Positions 1-14,113 of a stretch of DNA of 64,000 nt are shown here, piece after piece (position 1 is the first letter of the stretch; each line of letters opens with the position of its first letter). The notes under the pieces are model-generated. The model saw nothing but the letters and a program-made list of their open reading frames with translations, was not told the origin of the DNA and searched no databases. This DNA comes from Proteromonas lacertae (Eukaryota). The stretch spans positions 310,001-374,000 of the forward strand of contig NGBS01000871.1 in the NCBI GenBank assembly GCA_002245135.1. The letters run 5' to 3'. Made by a program: the position numbers and the translations under genes.

Positions 1-287
1 TAAAAGAATTACAACTAGATTATTTAGATCTATTGTTAATCCATTGGCCAATCAAATTTGTTCATGATATGCCAAAACAACCTCGCCAACCAAATGGAGA
101 GCCAGTTCCAGGTTTAGAAGCACATTTCGAATATAAAGATACGTGGAAGACATTTGAAGCATTAAAAGAAGAAGGAAAAGTAAAGAATATCGGAGTTTCT
201 AATTTCACTGTTTGTCAATTAGAAGATTTATTGTCAAACTGCAAGATAGAACCATCTGTTTTACAAGTGGAAGTACATCCTTATAAT

Positions 288-325
<38 letters not shown>

Positions 326-713
326 TTTTAGACTGAATTAATTGATTATTGTAATAAACATAATATTATCGTTGAAGCTTATAGTCCATTAGGATCAGGC
401 GATAGTTATTCAGGAAAGTTAAAAGAACAAATACCACTATTGACATTACCACTCATTACTGAAATGAGTGGAAAATACCATAAGACTCCTGCACAAGTAT
501 TATTGAGATGGAATATTCAACATGGTTGTGTAGTTTTACCTAAAAGTGTTACTCCTTCAAGAATAGATGAGAATATAAAGATTCTAGATTTTACAATATC
601 AGAAGATGATGTATTAAACATATTATTATATAAATGAATAGATGAATAAGATAAGTAACTTGAATATTAATTATAGATATGGTAAAGGATGGATGAAAGG
701 ACATTTCTTATAA
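1..713 (+). CDS. Aldo-keto reductase, 5' part outside the window, 2 introns
   Basis: AKR motifs LDYLDLLLIHWP, GKVKNIGVSNF, QVEVHPY, EAYSPLG and TPAQVLLRW..VVLPKSVTPSRI. GT-AG intron 611-641. First intron ~294-331 lies in an (AT)n tract. TAA at 711-713. Confidence 0.93.
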
Positions 714-875
714 ATTATTTGATAATTAAACTAATAATTATTAAATTATAATATATTTTGTTGAATTAATATTAGATGTAAAAACATTATTAAATAAAAA
801 CAATAAAGATTATTAATATCAATAGAATTAATTAAAATATTATATTTAATTAAGAATTCATTTCATCGGTTCACT

Positions 876-2053
876 TCATATATACTCTAAATACTCATTA
901 ATTATATTATTAACAAATTTTATATATTCATTCATTTTATGATTTTTCAATGATAATATTGAGTGTATTTCACTAAAAATTTCACTTATTTTATCACTAT
1001 CTTTACTACTAAACAAGGAATTATCTTTCATATTTATATGATGAATCCCCATTGCAATACTTGTTGGTTTAAATATTGATAATACTGTAACTGGAATACT
1101 TGTAAGAATTGGAGTCTTATTGGCTACTGGAACAACATCAGGAACTTTTTTTTCATCTTCATCAGTTATTGTTCTTATTTGATTATAATACTCTTCTGTT
1201 ACTATTCTTAACATTTTTACTTCCTTTAAATTATTATCGTCATAATCATCGTCTTCTTCAATGTCATAATTTCCTTCATCTAATGAATCACACATGAACA
1301 TTACTTTAGCTGAATCTATTTCTGAAGGTTGCTTTGATTTATGAAGGTATAAAATTCTTTCAGCATCTCTAACTATTTCTATTATAGGATCATTAAACTT
1401 ATCAATAGAATGCATTTGACTGGAATATTTTTCAAATCTGTCTCTTATTTCAATACTTGTGTTTATAGGAGCTGCATATACTATATAACTACATTTATTT
1501 TTATATCTGCTAGCTGTATTTGCTGAGAAATTTTCACAAAATGTGATATAACGAAGAAAACTCAATTCAGCTACTGCTCCTCCCAAACTATGACCAGTAA
1601 ATATCAATCTTTCACTTTCACTTTTTTCAATCAGATCAAGTATACTTCCTTCATCATATTTATCTTCTTTTGCATCGATTGAAATACCAAAATTATATCT
1701 GCTTCTTTGAAAAAATCCTTCATGAATTAAACCATTTCCTTTTCCAAAAGGATGGACCTTTTTTGCATTTAGATCAGCTAAAATATCAGATATACTTGTT
1801 ATCTCAGTTCCACGATAAGTAATATATGTAATCTTGTTAATTGTCACAACAAAACATCTACTTCGCTCAAAAAATGTTCCTTGTGGATATTTATTTTGAA
1901 TTTCATCCTAATGCAAATCATTTCATAAATTATACTTTGTTATAAACTAAACTAGCAAGCTCACAGGTCGTAAGAAGATCTTCTTTCTATAGTACATATA
2001 TTATAAAAATAATTAAATTATACAGGAGGCAATAAATTGGGTGTTTCAGACAT
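876..2053 (-). CDS. Class 3 lipase (alpha/beta hydrolase), 2 short 5' introns
   Basis: YRGT, IHEGF and nucleophile elbow FTGHSLGG. Upstream exons MSETPNLLPP and KEDLLTTCELASLVYNK join in frame through GT-AG introns. Confidence 0.85.
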
Positions 2054-2264
2054 TTTATGTAAATATAATTCAAAGATATAGAGATTGGTAGGAAAACCCA
2101 AATTAAAATAAAATACAACCGTTTCACTATAAACGGTTATATTTTTTAAACAATTAGAAAGATAATCAAACACGTCCATTGGTATTATTTATTAACAACA
2201 AAAAATATTATTAAAAATATAGAGATATATAATATAATATAATAATAATTCAAGATATAACCAT

Positions 2265-5200
2265 TCAATTTCTTCTAATTGGAGGTGCTGGTCGATTAAC
2301 TGCTGTTATACTTACAGCTTTTGTATCTTTTGATTCAGATGTTTTCATTGAAGGATGAGATTCACGTTTTCTACTTCTACATAACATACACCCAACAATT
2401 ACAACTATTAGTATGATTACTACTACTGTTCCTCCAGCTATTATTGCTATTAACATAACTGTGGATAAGCCACCTTCATCTTTATCTTCATTTTTATCAG
2501 GATTAGTTGGATATACTTGTTTATCTACATTTATCACTTCAATATCTGCATCTTTAAATATTGTTGTTTCAGATTCACCACATTTTGTTTTAATAACTTC
2601 ATTTAATTGATTATTATTCATCAATTCTTCTGCTATATTTTTAATTTCATCTGTGGTTGATTTTTCAGGAACAGTCACTATTACTTCAATATTTATTTCA
2701 TTTTCTAATCCTCGTAATTTTTTATCATTATTATACATAACTATTTCAATATCTTTTCTTGTTAATAATACATTCTTTTCTTTGTAGATTTCGATTATAG
2801 AATCTTTCATAATATTCATATCATTCTCATTTAATTCAGATGTTATATTCTTGTTAATATTGGAGATTCTTATTTCAATACTAATTACTTCAATTGGTTT
2901 TGGTGTTGTTGGTTCTATTGTTGTTGGAATGAGTGTTGTAGGTTTTATTGTTGTAGTTTCAGGGGTGATTGGATTTTCAGTTGTTGTTGGATTTAGTGTA
3001 GATGGATTTGATGTAGATGGATTTGATGTAGTTGGAGATTCAGTTGCAGTTGGATTTGATGTAGTTGGATTGATGGTTGAATTTGATGTAGTTGGATTTA
3101 ATGTAGTTGGATTTGATGTAGTTGGTTTTGATGTAGTTGGATTGATGGTTGGTTTTGATGTAGTTGGTTTTGATGTAGTTGGATTTAATGTAGTTGGATT
3201 TGATGTAGTTGGATTGATGGTTGGATTTGATGTAGTTGGATTTGATGTAGTTGGATTTAATGTAGTTGGAGGAATAGTAGTTGGTTTAATTGTGGTTGGT
3301 TGAATTGTTGTTGGTTTTTCAGTGGTTGGTTTTGGTGTGGTTGGAATTATCACTTCACCTTTACATATACTCTTATCAATATTTTCATCCCAATATCCAT
3401 CTTTGTCACATTTTCTCATTACAAATCCAGATTCACTACAACCAACTTTTACAATACTATCAGCAAAAGCACTTGGAAATTCATTAACACTTTTACAGAT
3501 TTTTGGTCTGGATTGACTGAATGTGATTAATCGGAATTGAATATATCCTTTATAACTATTTGTACCTAATACTGTCATTTTGAATATTTCATATGATTTA
3601 TTAACTGGAATTAATACTCTCAATTCATCACCACATTCACTAATTACATTACTGTAAGCTAATCCAAATTCTAAATTATCATTTCGATATATTTCATCCC
3701 AACTTGGATTATCTTTATCTGTTGATCCATATACAATTATACTCTTTGGATGAGAAGATGCATCATTTGTACATCCAGCAAATCGAAATAGATTCACATA
3801 TCTAGCTTCATCACTCTTTAATGAGATTGTTGTATTCCAAGGTAATATATCATTTGTATTTTTACCTACATAATTGAATTTATTCATTGTTTCCATATCA
3901 TCATATTTATCTTTTGCAACATTTGGATTATTCCATTCTATACCAGGTGTATTTGTATAATGATTTATATTTACATCTGCATTGGGAGTTATTAATTGAA
4001 TATCAGATAATGGATTTGTTATTCCTAATCGCAAATAGAATGAATCTACTTTATTCAATATTACTTTATTTTCATGAATTTCTACAGCAATATAATTCAA
4101 TCCATGATAAATCACACTTAAAGGAATCATTATTGTTTTTGTTATTATATTCTCATAAGATTTTATTGCTTTCATGTTAGAGTTTATTTTTCCACCTTCT
4201 AAATTGTATCGATAGATTTCAAAGCCATTTATATATACGATTATTCCATCACTAAACTTCAATTCTAGCTGAGGTGTACCAACAAATGATAAAACACTTT
4301 TAATGCTAAAATTTGTTCGATAATATCGAGTTGTTACTGATTTCCTATCAAAATTATTCTCAGAAGACTTCTTCCAATTATCAACTTCACTTTTATAGAA
4401 TGCAGTCCATAATTCATCAATTTGAACATTATCATTATATTCCCATTCTGTATTCTCAGTTATAATATTGAAATCATATGGACTTTGAGTTGGAGGAGGT
4501 TTTGGTGTTGTTGGTGTTGGAATATTACATAAACTGTTATCAATATTATCTTCCCAATAACCATCTTTGTCACACTTTCGAATCTTATATCCAAATTCAC
4601 TACAACCAACTCGAACTTCACTATCACTAAATGCACTTGGAAATTCACCTTTACTTTTACAAATTTTTGGTCTGGATTGACTGAATGTGATTAATCGGAA
4701 TTGAATCCAATTATTATAATTTCTAATTTTTAACACTGATATTTTGAATATTTCATAAGATTTGTAAATTGGAATTAATACTTTCAACTCATCAGCACAA
4801 TAATCTATTGCAGAACTTGAAACAGATTCAAATTCTATATTATCATTTCGATATATTTCATCCCAACTTGGATTATCTTTATCTGTTGATCCATATACAA
4901 TTATACTCTTTGGATGAGAAGATGCATCATTTGTACATCCAGCAAATCGAAATAGATTCACATATCTAGCTTCATCACTCTTTAATGAGATTGTTGTATT
5001 CCAAGGTAATACAGCAGCTTCACTTCCTCCATAATTGAATTTGTTCATTGTTTTCAAATTATCATAATCACTAGCTTCAGGTTTAGTCACATTTTTCCCA
5101 TCTTTAGTAAAATGATTTATATTTACATCTGCATTGGGAGTTATTAATTGAGTTTCACTTATTGGATTTGTTATTCCTAATCGCAAATAGAATGAATCTA

Positions 5201-8200
5201 CTTTATTCAATATTACTTTATTTTCATGAATTTCTACAGCAATATAATTCAATCCATGATAAATCACACTTAAAGGAACAAAAACATTCTTTATTTTGGG
5301 ATTCTCTAACGATTTTATAGCATTTACATTCCATTGCATTAATCCACCTTCTAAATTGTATCGATAGATTTCAAAGCCATTTATATATACGATTATTCCA
5401 TCACTAAACTTCAATTCTAGCTGAGGTGTACCAACAAATGATAAAACACTTTTAATGCTAAAATTTGTTCGATAATATCGAGTTGTTACTGATTTCCTAT
5501 CAAAATTATTCTCAGAAGACTTCTTCCAATTATCAACTTCACTTTTATAGAATGCAGTCCAAAACAATCCATAATTATAATCATCACTATATTCCCATTC
5601 TGTATTTTCATTAATTAGATTTAAATCAGATGGACTTTGAGTTGGAGGAGGTGTTGTTGGTAAAACTATTGGATTAGAATCAAATGTCAACATGAAGAAT
5701 TGACTTATTTCAAATATATCTTTTTCAATATTGTTTATATTTTCTAATTCAATAGCTAAATAGTTTAAACCTTCATCCATTATATGAGATTCAACACTGA
5801 ATTTGATAAATTCATTGGAATTACATCCTTCTATAACATTAAATTGGATCTTATTCATATATAATGTGGCTTTTCCACATATCTTCATTTTCATATAAAA
5901 TGATACTATATCTTCCATTGATTCTCTAATATCGATTGATTTATAATAATATCTTTTATTTACATTATTTAGTGAATCTAATGTCACACTTCCATCTTTC
6001 CAATTATCTATATTTTCTCCTACTTTCCAATTATCATCATTTGGTTCTACATCACTATATCTCAAATTCTTATTGCTTTTCATATAATTCTTTATTATTA
6101 AGTGTTTTGAATTTAAATCTTCATTTCCATCATAACTTCCTTTAAATAATACTGGACCATCTACTATGGAGATTATTATTTCAGAATTTGTCCATTTATC
6201 ATTACTAATCTTATTACCGTAATAAATATAATAATCTGCATGTTTGGCATATTCAGTTGCTCTATTCTCACCAGATTTTAATGAAGAAAACAATTCAACT
6301 AAGCGATTATGCTTATCTTTCAATTTATAAACTATTGTACTATATTCATTTTCACCTCCATTTAGTATTGCTTCTATTTCTTCATTTGATGACATATCTG
6401 GTATAGGAGGAGGAGGTGGTGGTGGTAGTGGTGTTGGAGCTGGAGGTTTTACATTATTTCCTAATTCATAATATCGATTAACATTATCAAAGTCATATTC
6501 CGCTCCATTTATTGTCTTTTTGAACGGAATATATTCGACTTTTACTGGATTTATTATAATCTTATATCTTTGACTTTTATACCAAAATTTACTATCACCT
6601 GCTTTTCTATCTAGTCTCTGATTACCAAATTGACTTGATAAGACTTCTCTTATACTTAATACTGTGATTTCTTTACTGAATTTGAATGAATAAAATTCAC
6701 ACCAACCTTTTGTCATATGCATTACATCTAAACATACTACTTTGTAAGATATATCTTCATATCCACTTAATTCACTTAAATCAAATTCAGTTATTCCATT
6801 TTCTACTTCTGCCTCAATCTTCAAGCCATCTGGAATTATTCCTTTTAAATCAATAAATATATAATCCATCTTTTGTAGATGAACTATTGGATAATAGAAT
6901 TTCACATTTGGTTGAATTGTTTGACTAAATAACATAGTTGGAACTGTGAATTTATTTACTGGAATTGAAGCAGCACTTATTTCATATTTATTATTATCTC
7001 TTTTCTTTCGAAAGGCAATTCTGTCTGTATTATTTCCTCTTGTCATTTGAAAATTATAATATGAAACTATATTTCCAGAACTATCATGAAGTCTTATTCC
7101 ACCTTCAAATAAACCATCTACTCTAAAATCAGGAAGTCTATAAAATATAAGTGTTTTATCATTAAAACTAGTAACATCTACTTCTCCTCCATATATATCG
7201 CCTATTGTTACTTTGGATGGATTATTTGCTACATTAAAATATATTGAATTTCCACTATAACTGAAGGCTACAGTCGCATCACTTTGTCCTATTAAAACTG
7301 TTGAGTCAAACCATAAATTTATATTACTTAAATCTGTGGTAGGGAAACCATTCATTGTTATTTTAACACATCGATTATTGATTGTTTCACCAAAACAATG
7401 GAAATAATCAGTAAAAGTATAACCAATATAGGATGATATGGCTTTTCTTCCATCTATATATACTTGGTTGTCTCTATAAACTCGAGGAATATTATTATCA
7501 CCTTCACTTTCACCATAAAACCAAAAGGTTTTGCTTTGAGATTGACAATTCATTGTATTTGCCACTTCATCAGTTGTACATGATATAATTGATGGTGATG
7601 TTTTATATGTAGGAAAGTTGGGTGGAGTTGTTGGTTTAACAAATGGAACATTTGGTTTATAAGTAATTTCAACATCTGCATAAGCAGGTTCATTATAATT
7701 TCTTTTTTCTGTACTTTCAATTGATTCAAATGTGGTTGTGTCTAAATTACCAGGATGAATTCGAGTCAATCTAAATGACATTGTTCCTTTATCAATATTT
7801 CGAGGAGTCCAAGTAACACCAAGTGGCAATTGACAATCACCCCAACCATCAGACATTCCTGTCATTCCATCAACATCAACGTCTAATAAATTATCAGAAG
7901 TTTTATCAGCTGGCTTTCCATCTGATTTATAAACAGGTCCCCATAACCATCTTAAGCTTCGAGCTTTCCATACTTGTTGTCCTCTAGGTATATATCGATA
8001 TTCAATTACTGTTGATACATACGATAATTCTGTCATATTTATTCCACTAACCATTGTTTCATTATCAAAAGGAATTTCTAAAGACAAATAAGTATATTTC
8101 ATTTTTATTCCATCAAATACTTCATCATCAGTATGATATGGACTTGTAGGACCTAAGAAATATCTTGAATAAGGATGATCATAAGCATATAATCTAACAG

Positions 8201-9199
8201 TATAAGTACCTACTTCTTCTAATTTTAACCAATACCATGGTTGAGGATTACCTTCAGAAACTACAAAATGATATTGTCTAGATGCAATTGGTTCATACCA
8301 CAAACCATGTCCCATATAATTAGATGTATCAGCATAGCCATTAGGCATGGTATATTTCAGTACTTGTCCTGTTACTGCTATTTTATTACCACCTGCATGT
8401 GTAAATCCCATATTATGACCAACTTCATGGACAAAAGTACGACGTTTGTCATCACTATTCCATCCTCCATTTAGAAATACATATCGACTTGCTGTATTAA
8501 AATACCAACTGTGATCACCTGCATTCGCTACACCTAACCATGGTGTTTTTACTGCCCATACGAAGCCATTACTGTTGGAAAATCCCATCTACTTACTCCT
8601 TCTGGCCATTGATACAAATCAAGTATTCTGTTGTACCATGTGTACACTAATGAAACATGATTCGCTCTATCCGCATATTCTTCATCTGAAACAAAATCTA
8701 AACACTCAGATATATAACAACCACTCACATTTAATCCAACTTGATTTCCTGACCATAATCTCATGGCATGATCTAATTCTCTTAATGCTAGCTGCATTTG
8801 AGATATTGGATTACATCGATATGGATTTTCACCAGATCTAGGATATATTACTCTCATTACTGCTATCTTTACATTTGTAATTCCAAATATCTCATTACTC
8901 CATTCACCACTATAACTACGATTTGTCATAATACTTTTTAACGATTTTGGCTCTTCCAAATGTTCATAGGCAGAGATCTTTGAAGTGTAGGCGATTTCAT
9001 CAGTTGTAAAACTACTAATACTCATCCCTGGTACTAAATTAAAATCATTTGGATTTGTTATTCTGAAGTATCGTCTGTTGATCACAAAAAGAAATGTGTT
9101 TTGTGTGTCAACATCTACCTTCACTCTCATATGTTCATATGATGCTGGGCATACACCATGAAGTGAGATAATAAAGATGAAACTATAAAATAAAATCAT
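2265..9199 (-). CDS. Large type-I membrane metzincin metalloprotease (M11/gametolysin-like) with duplicated jelly-roll/Cys modules and mucin stalk; one frameshift near 8550-8590
   Basis: Signal-peptide-like MILFYSFIFIISL. Zinc motif HEVGHNMGFTH and Met-turn-like YADTSNYMG. C-terminal TM LIAIIAGGTVVVIILIVVIVGCMLC followed by basic residues. ORFs 8549-9199 and 2265-8588 overlap in -1 phase. Confidence 0.8.
2900..3340 (-). repeat. 15-nt-based coding repeat for a PTTSN/PTTLN/PTTSK mucin-like stalk
   Basis: Recurrent gttggatttgatgta units on the + strand. Confidence 0.9.
3360..5652 (-). repeat. Intragenic tandem duplication, period 1152 nt (384 aa), two copies
   Basis: ggactttgagttggaggaggt occurs at 5632-5652 and 4480-4500. 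Long identical peptide blocks (WTAFYKSEVDNW...YRYNLEGG, LPWNTTISLK...EIYRNDN) occur twice. Confidence 0.92.
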
Positions 9200-9461
9200 C
9201 TTTCTCTTTTAATTCGTTACTTTTCTCAAAATAGAATTGAATATTTTTAAAATTATTAGGGTTGTATAGAACAGTCGAAACCAGTAGGTCAAACCTATAG
9301 GTTCATCGGTAAGTGACCGACAGCGATATGAATAAATTATTATCTAATTTAAACAAAATTGAGTTACAGAAATGACGTCCCTTCCGTGCTGTATACCTCC
9401 ATCTGTCCTATCCTTATTCTGGCCTGTCACTGTCCTTTGTAATTCACATATATTTTATAAA

Positions 9462-10331
9462 TTATAACTTATAATTTGTTAAAGAATAAATATTACTTAT
9501 TTTTTTTATTTCTTTTTCATCATAGAATATTTCTTCTCTTATTTTGCCTTTTGTTAATCTTCCTAAACTATAACATCCATAATCAACTCGAATAAGTCTT
9601 TTTATTACTAAATTCATGTGTTTCAATATATTTCTTATCTCTCTATTCTAAAACAATATAGTAATAATGATTATTATATACTTTACCTTCATTCATTGTT
9701 ATTGATAATATTTTATTTCCTCTTACTTCTTTTAATACATCAATTGTTAAAGGTTTATAACTATTATGTAATATACTTATAAAATTATAATCATACTGTA
9801 TGTTATTAACTGTTATTCCATGATATGATATATCTTTCAACCATTTTGGATAGAGTATACCACTTCTTCCTTTTATTTCTACTAAATATCGTCTTGGGAT
9901 TTGATTAGAAGGATTTTCCATCATTTGACTGTAATTGCCATTATTAGTAAGTAATAATAGACCCTCAGAATTGTAATCTAAACGACCAATTGGCATTAAA
10001 TGAGGTGGCAGAGATAGACCTTTTAATTCATCAAATATTGTTCTTCTATCTATACAGTGAAATAAATTAATATCAGTCTTATACGCTGAGGATCAGAAGA
10101 TGTTGTTAAACAACCTGCTGGTTTGTAATACATATAGATTTTATAAACTGTTTTGGGTAGTATAGTATTTTTAATTTCTATTTTATCATCTTCTTTCACA
10201 TTAAGGTAAGGTTTTGTAATTAACACTCCATTGACTTTTACTAACCCTTTCATAATTAGTTCTTCACTTTTTCTTCTTGAACAAAGTCCAGAAGAAGCAA
10301 TTCTCTTTGCCAGTCTTATTCCTTCATTCAT
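9462..10331 (-). CDS. S4-domain rRNA pseudouridine synthase (RluB/RsuA family), 2 introns
   Basis: RLAKRIASSGLCSRRKSEELI (S4), YKPAGCLTT, catalytic IGRLDYNSEGLLLLTN and EGK|NREIR after splicing. Confidence 0.9.
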
Positions 10332-10420
10332 TATTTAATGTTAGCTTGATTCTGGCTTGATTGAGTTTTTTTATTTTTTTCTTAATAAAAACATATGTAA
10401 TGGTTATATAGAAATATTAA

Positions 10421-12180
10421 TTATATTCTGTGTTGCAGCTCAACCAACTCTTCTAATATATCTTCTACACTACTCTTTTCCTATTCAAAATTAAATAATA
10501 GATTATACATTTAAGCATTTTTCAACTAACAACTTAAGTTCAACATATTTCATATTTTTTATTCCACTTCTAACATCACCATTAATCATTTCACTGGTAT
10601 TTAATTCTATAATACAAATACCCAAACCGTATAAATCATCACTAATCCTTCTTTCACCAATTTGAAAATTATCATTTCTCAAATACAGACTATTGTATTT
10701 ATCTCCTGTTATTTTTTCATATATTTTGTACATACCAATATCATCTATTTTCAACAAACCTAAGTCTTCATTTAGATAAATAGAACTTGGAACTATTGAT
10801 CCACAAATAATTGGTTTTTCAAATGATTCTAAAAACAATAATACACTTATTATTTTCTCGATTATCTCTAATATATAATCAAATGATATATCATTTTTAC
10901 TCACAATTAAATCATATAGATTATAATTCAAATATTCTTCTAATATTATTGGATTTTTATTCATTTCAAATATTACACCATAAGTATCTATAATTCCAGG
11001 ATGATGAATTATTCTTTCTTTAATCCAATCATTCATCATTTCATAAATTGATTTACAATTATCAGAATTTATATTTAATATTACTAAATGATGACTTTTG
11101 ATATAATGTCCATACCATTTACATTTATAAATACAACCAACTAAATCACTTGATGTTAATTTTATCTCTTCATAATTCTTATCCATTTTATAAAATGGTA
11201 ATATTTTATCATTCTTCAAATATAACTCTGGAATTAATGATTCTAAAGTAGTTTCATTTTTACATTCATCTTTATATTCATTATCTAATGGATTATTATA
11301 TCCTTCTTTCATTCTTTTATATACATCTTCAACAGATTCATTCTTTTTGTTTTTAATAGAAATATCCAATCCATTTTCTTTCAACATATTAAATATATCG
11401 AAGTATTGCATATATAAACACCAATGACCAGCTGTATCTCCACTTAGATCCTAATTAATAAAACAAATAAAAAGTAAAATAATACTTGAATATTTACATC
11501 AACTTTGTAATTACATAATATTTTTACACATTCATCATAACCTTCTTGTATTGATATAATTAGACTTGTTATTTTCTGTTTATTTTGAATATTCACATTA
11601 CAACCACTTTCACACAGTAATCTTACACATTCACTATTCCCTATTGAACATGCTAAATAAACGGCACAATTTCTATCATTATAAGGTATATAATAATTAT
11701 ATACTGTTCTTCATTCGTTAATTCATCTAGAGGAGGTTTGAATTGCAGTAAATCTTTCATTATTTCTTCATTATTTACAGCATAATGTAAACATGTATAG
11801 CCTCTCTTATCTTTACGAGTGATGTATGTATTTATCCAGTCTTTGTGATTTTCAACTAAATACTTCTTAATTAACTTGTAACACTCAACTTTTTCTTTCT
11901 CAATTGATGCCATTAATGCATGTTTGCCATTTTCATCTTCTATTAAAATATCTACATCAAGAGTCAAAAGATATTTCACAATTTCTGTAGTCCCTAAAGA
12001 GCATGAAAAAATTAATGGTGGAGCGATTTGTTTACCATGCGACATTTGAGCTTCGTTTAAGAATTTCAGATTACTCTTATTACTGAAATAATCAACTACT
12101 TTTTCCAAATTATTATTATAGATGGCCTAATAAACTAGAAAAAAATGTTATACATCTAACAAAGTGTTTTGAAATGACAT
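10421..12180 (-). CDS. Ankyrin-repeat protein with C-terminal protein-kinase-like (probably pseudokinase) domain, multi-exon
   Basis: Ankyrin repeats (DENGKHALM, DKRGYTCLHYA) and kinase-fold remnants HPGIIDTYGV, PIICGSIVPSSIYL, KIDDIG, SDDLYGLG. Short GT-AG introns link ORFs 11653-12108 and 10503-11411. ATG at 12180. Confidence 0.8.
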
Positions 12181-12323
12181 TTTTTCTATTTATAAAATAT
12201 TACCGTTTCTCTTTTGAAAAAATCAAATAAAAAAACAGTTGTTGTTCTATTCTGAGTTATGGATTGTCTAAGACAGGACAATGTAATATAGAAAAGAAAT
12301 TATTAATATAATAAAAAATAAAC

Positions 12324-14113
12324 TTAGATTGTAGATTTTGAGCATTCTCTTTGGCGATAATCACTACCATCTATATAACCATCTTGAAAACCATTTAGAG
12401 CATCTTCTTCATCATATCCATTATAATAATCTTCAAATTTTAGATTATTAAACCCACACTTAAATCCATATTCATATGATAAAACATAATTTTTACTGTA
12501 TATTACTTTTTCTATTTTATCTTCGATTATTATCTCTTTTATACTTATTTCTTTTTCTTTCATATCTTTCATTTTCTTCTTTATTTCTTCATTTTCGTTT
12601 TCAGTCACTCTTATTTCTAGTTATATTATATATTGAGAAGATATATATATACTATCAATTTTTAATATCTTAAAACTATCTAACTTTAACATACCATCCA
12701 TTAATTCTATTATATTTTTACTTTTTAAATATTCTCCACATATGTCTAAACATTCTAAACATTCATATTTTTCCATATTCTTAATGAATGTTCTTATATC
12801 ACTTATCTTATTACCACTTATATATAACTCTTTTAATCTCTTAACATTACATAAACTATTACATAACTCTTCAAATCCTTTGTTACATATATCACAATTG
12901 TTTAAACTAACTATCTCTAATTTGGATAATTTCTTTATATTTTTACACAACTCATTTATATCAACTTCACCAACTCCATTATTATCAAATCGAAATTCTA
13001 TCAATTCACTAAATTTAGACAAATTACTTATTATCTCATGATTACTTATCACAAATCGACCATTGTCTACCAAACTCAATCTTTTCAAATTTTCATTATT
13101 TCGATATATTAATTTCTCTATTCCATTACTCACCATATCTTTTTTATTATTAACTTTACATGAATTATAATTTTCATTCAAATATAATGTCTCTATGTTC
13201 ATTGGAAGTTTATTTATTAAATCAATCATCCAATTTTTCATTATACTATTGGAACTAAAATTAAATTCTTTTAATTCGGACAATTTACCAATTTCTATGT
13301 TTAATTTCGCATTTACATCATTTAGACATGAGCATAATTCTAGAGATGTTAAATTTTTCTTATTTGTTAAACTACATAATATCTCGATAATATCATCACA
13401 TGAAATAGAATCTATAATTAAGTGGTTTAAATTTGTAAATTCAGAGATTGCATTTTTAAATTCGTTACATATTCTCAAATTTTCATCATAATTATTATGT
13501 AATTCAATAGTAACTATTTTAGATAAATTTACATCTTTTAATAATGATTTAATACAACCATCTTTGAATATAAAGTCAGCTAACGATATATGTTCCAGTT
13601 GTGGAGAATTCTTCATTATTTTATTAATGCATATCATTGATTCATTATTTCCATCTCGATTATCCACTATAAATATTATAAAATTTATATACAAAATATT
13701 TTTAGTATCTTTAACTTCTCATGACACTTCTCTTCGTATCCACTAAAACAATCATCATTACTATCATCGCAGAAATCACAGTTAAAACTAATTTCACTCA
13801 AATCATACAAATTCTTGGAATATTTAAATACATTTCGTATGTCATTAGGCTCTAATATTATATCATCATTTAACCATTCGCTGGCATCACTGTATTCTAG
13901 AAAAAGCATTATATTAACTCATATACTAAGCTTCATATCCTCTTCTATTTCACTATCACTAGATTTATTATTATCAACGAGTTTTATTTCAGCTAGATTA
14001 ACAATTACACAGTTTACTATACGATCACTCTCCGATTCAATTTCACACTCTCTATTGGTATCATTTTTATCGCATCTAAGTGATACATACTTTTCTACTT
14101 CTTTTGTGGACAT
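12324..14113 (-). pseudogene. RNI-like leucine-rich-repeat gene, copy 1, with premature TGA at 13919-13921
   Basis: LxxLxLxxNxI repeats. Introns at ~13666-13691 and ~12617-12652 join the listed ORFs. The paralogue at 31286-33091 has AGA where this copy has TGA. Confidence 0.75.

Noticed and set aside
2900..3340. CRISPR-like or non-coding repeat array
   Set aside because: No unique spacers. It is the coding Thr/Pro stalk, and the + strand Val/Gly ORF is its antisense shadow.
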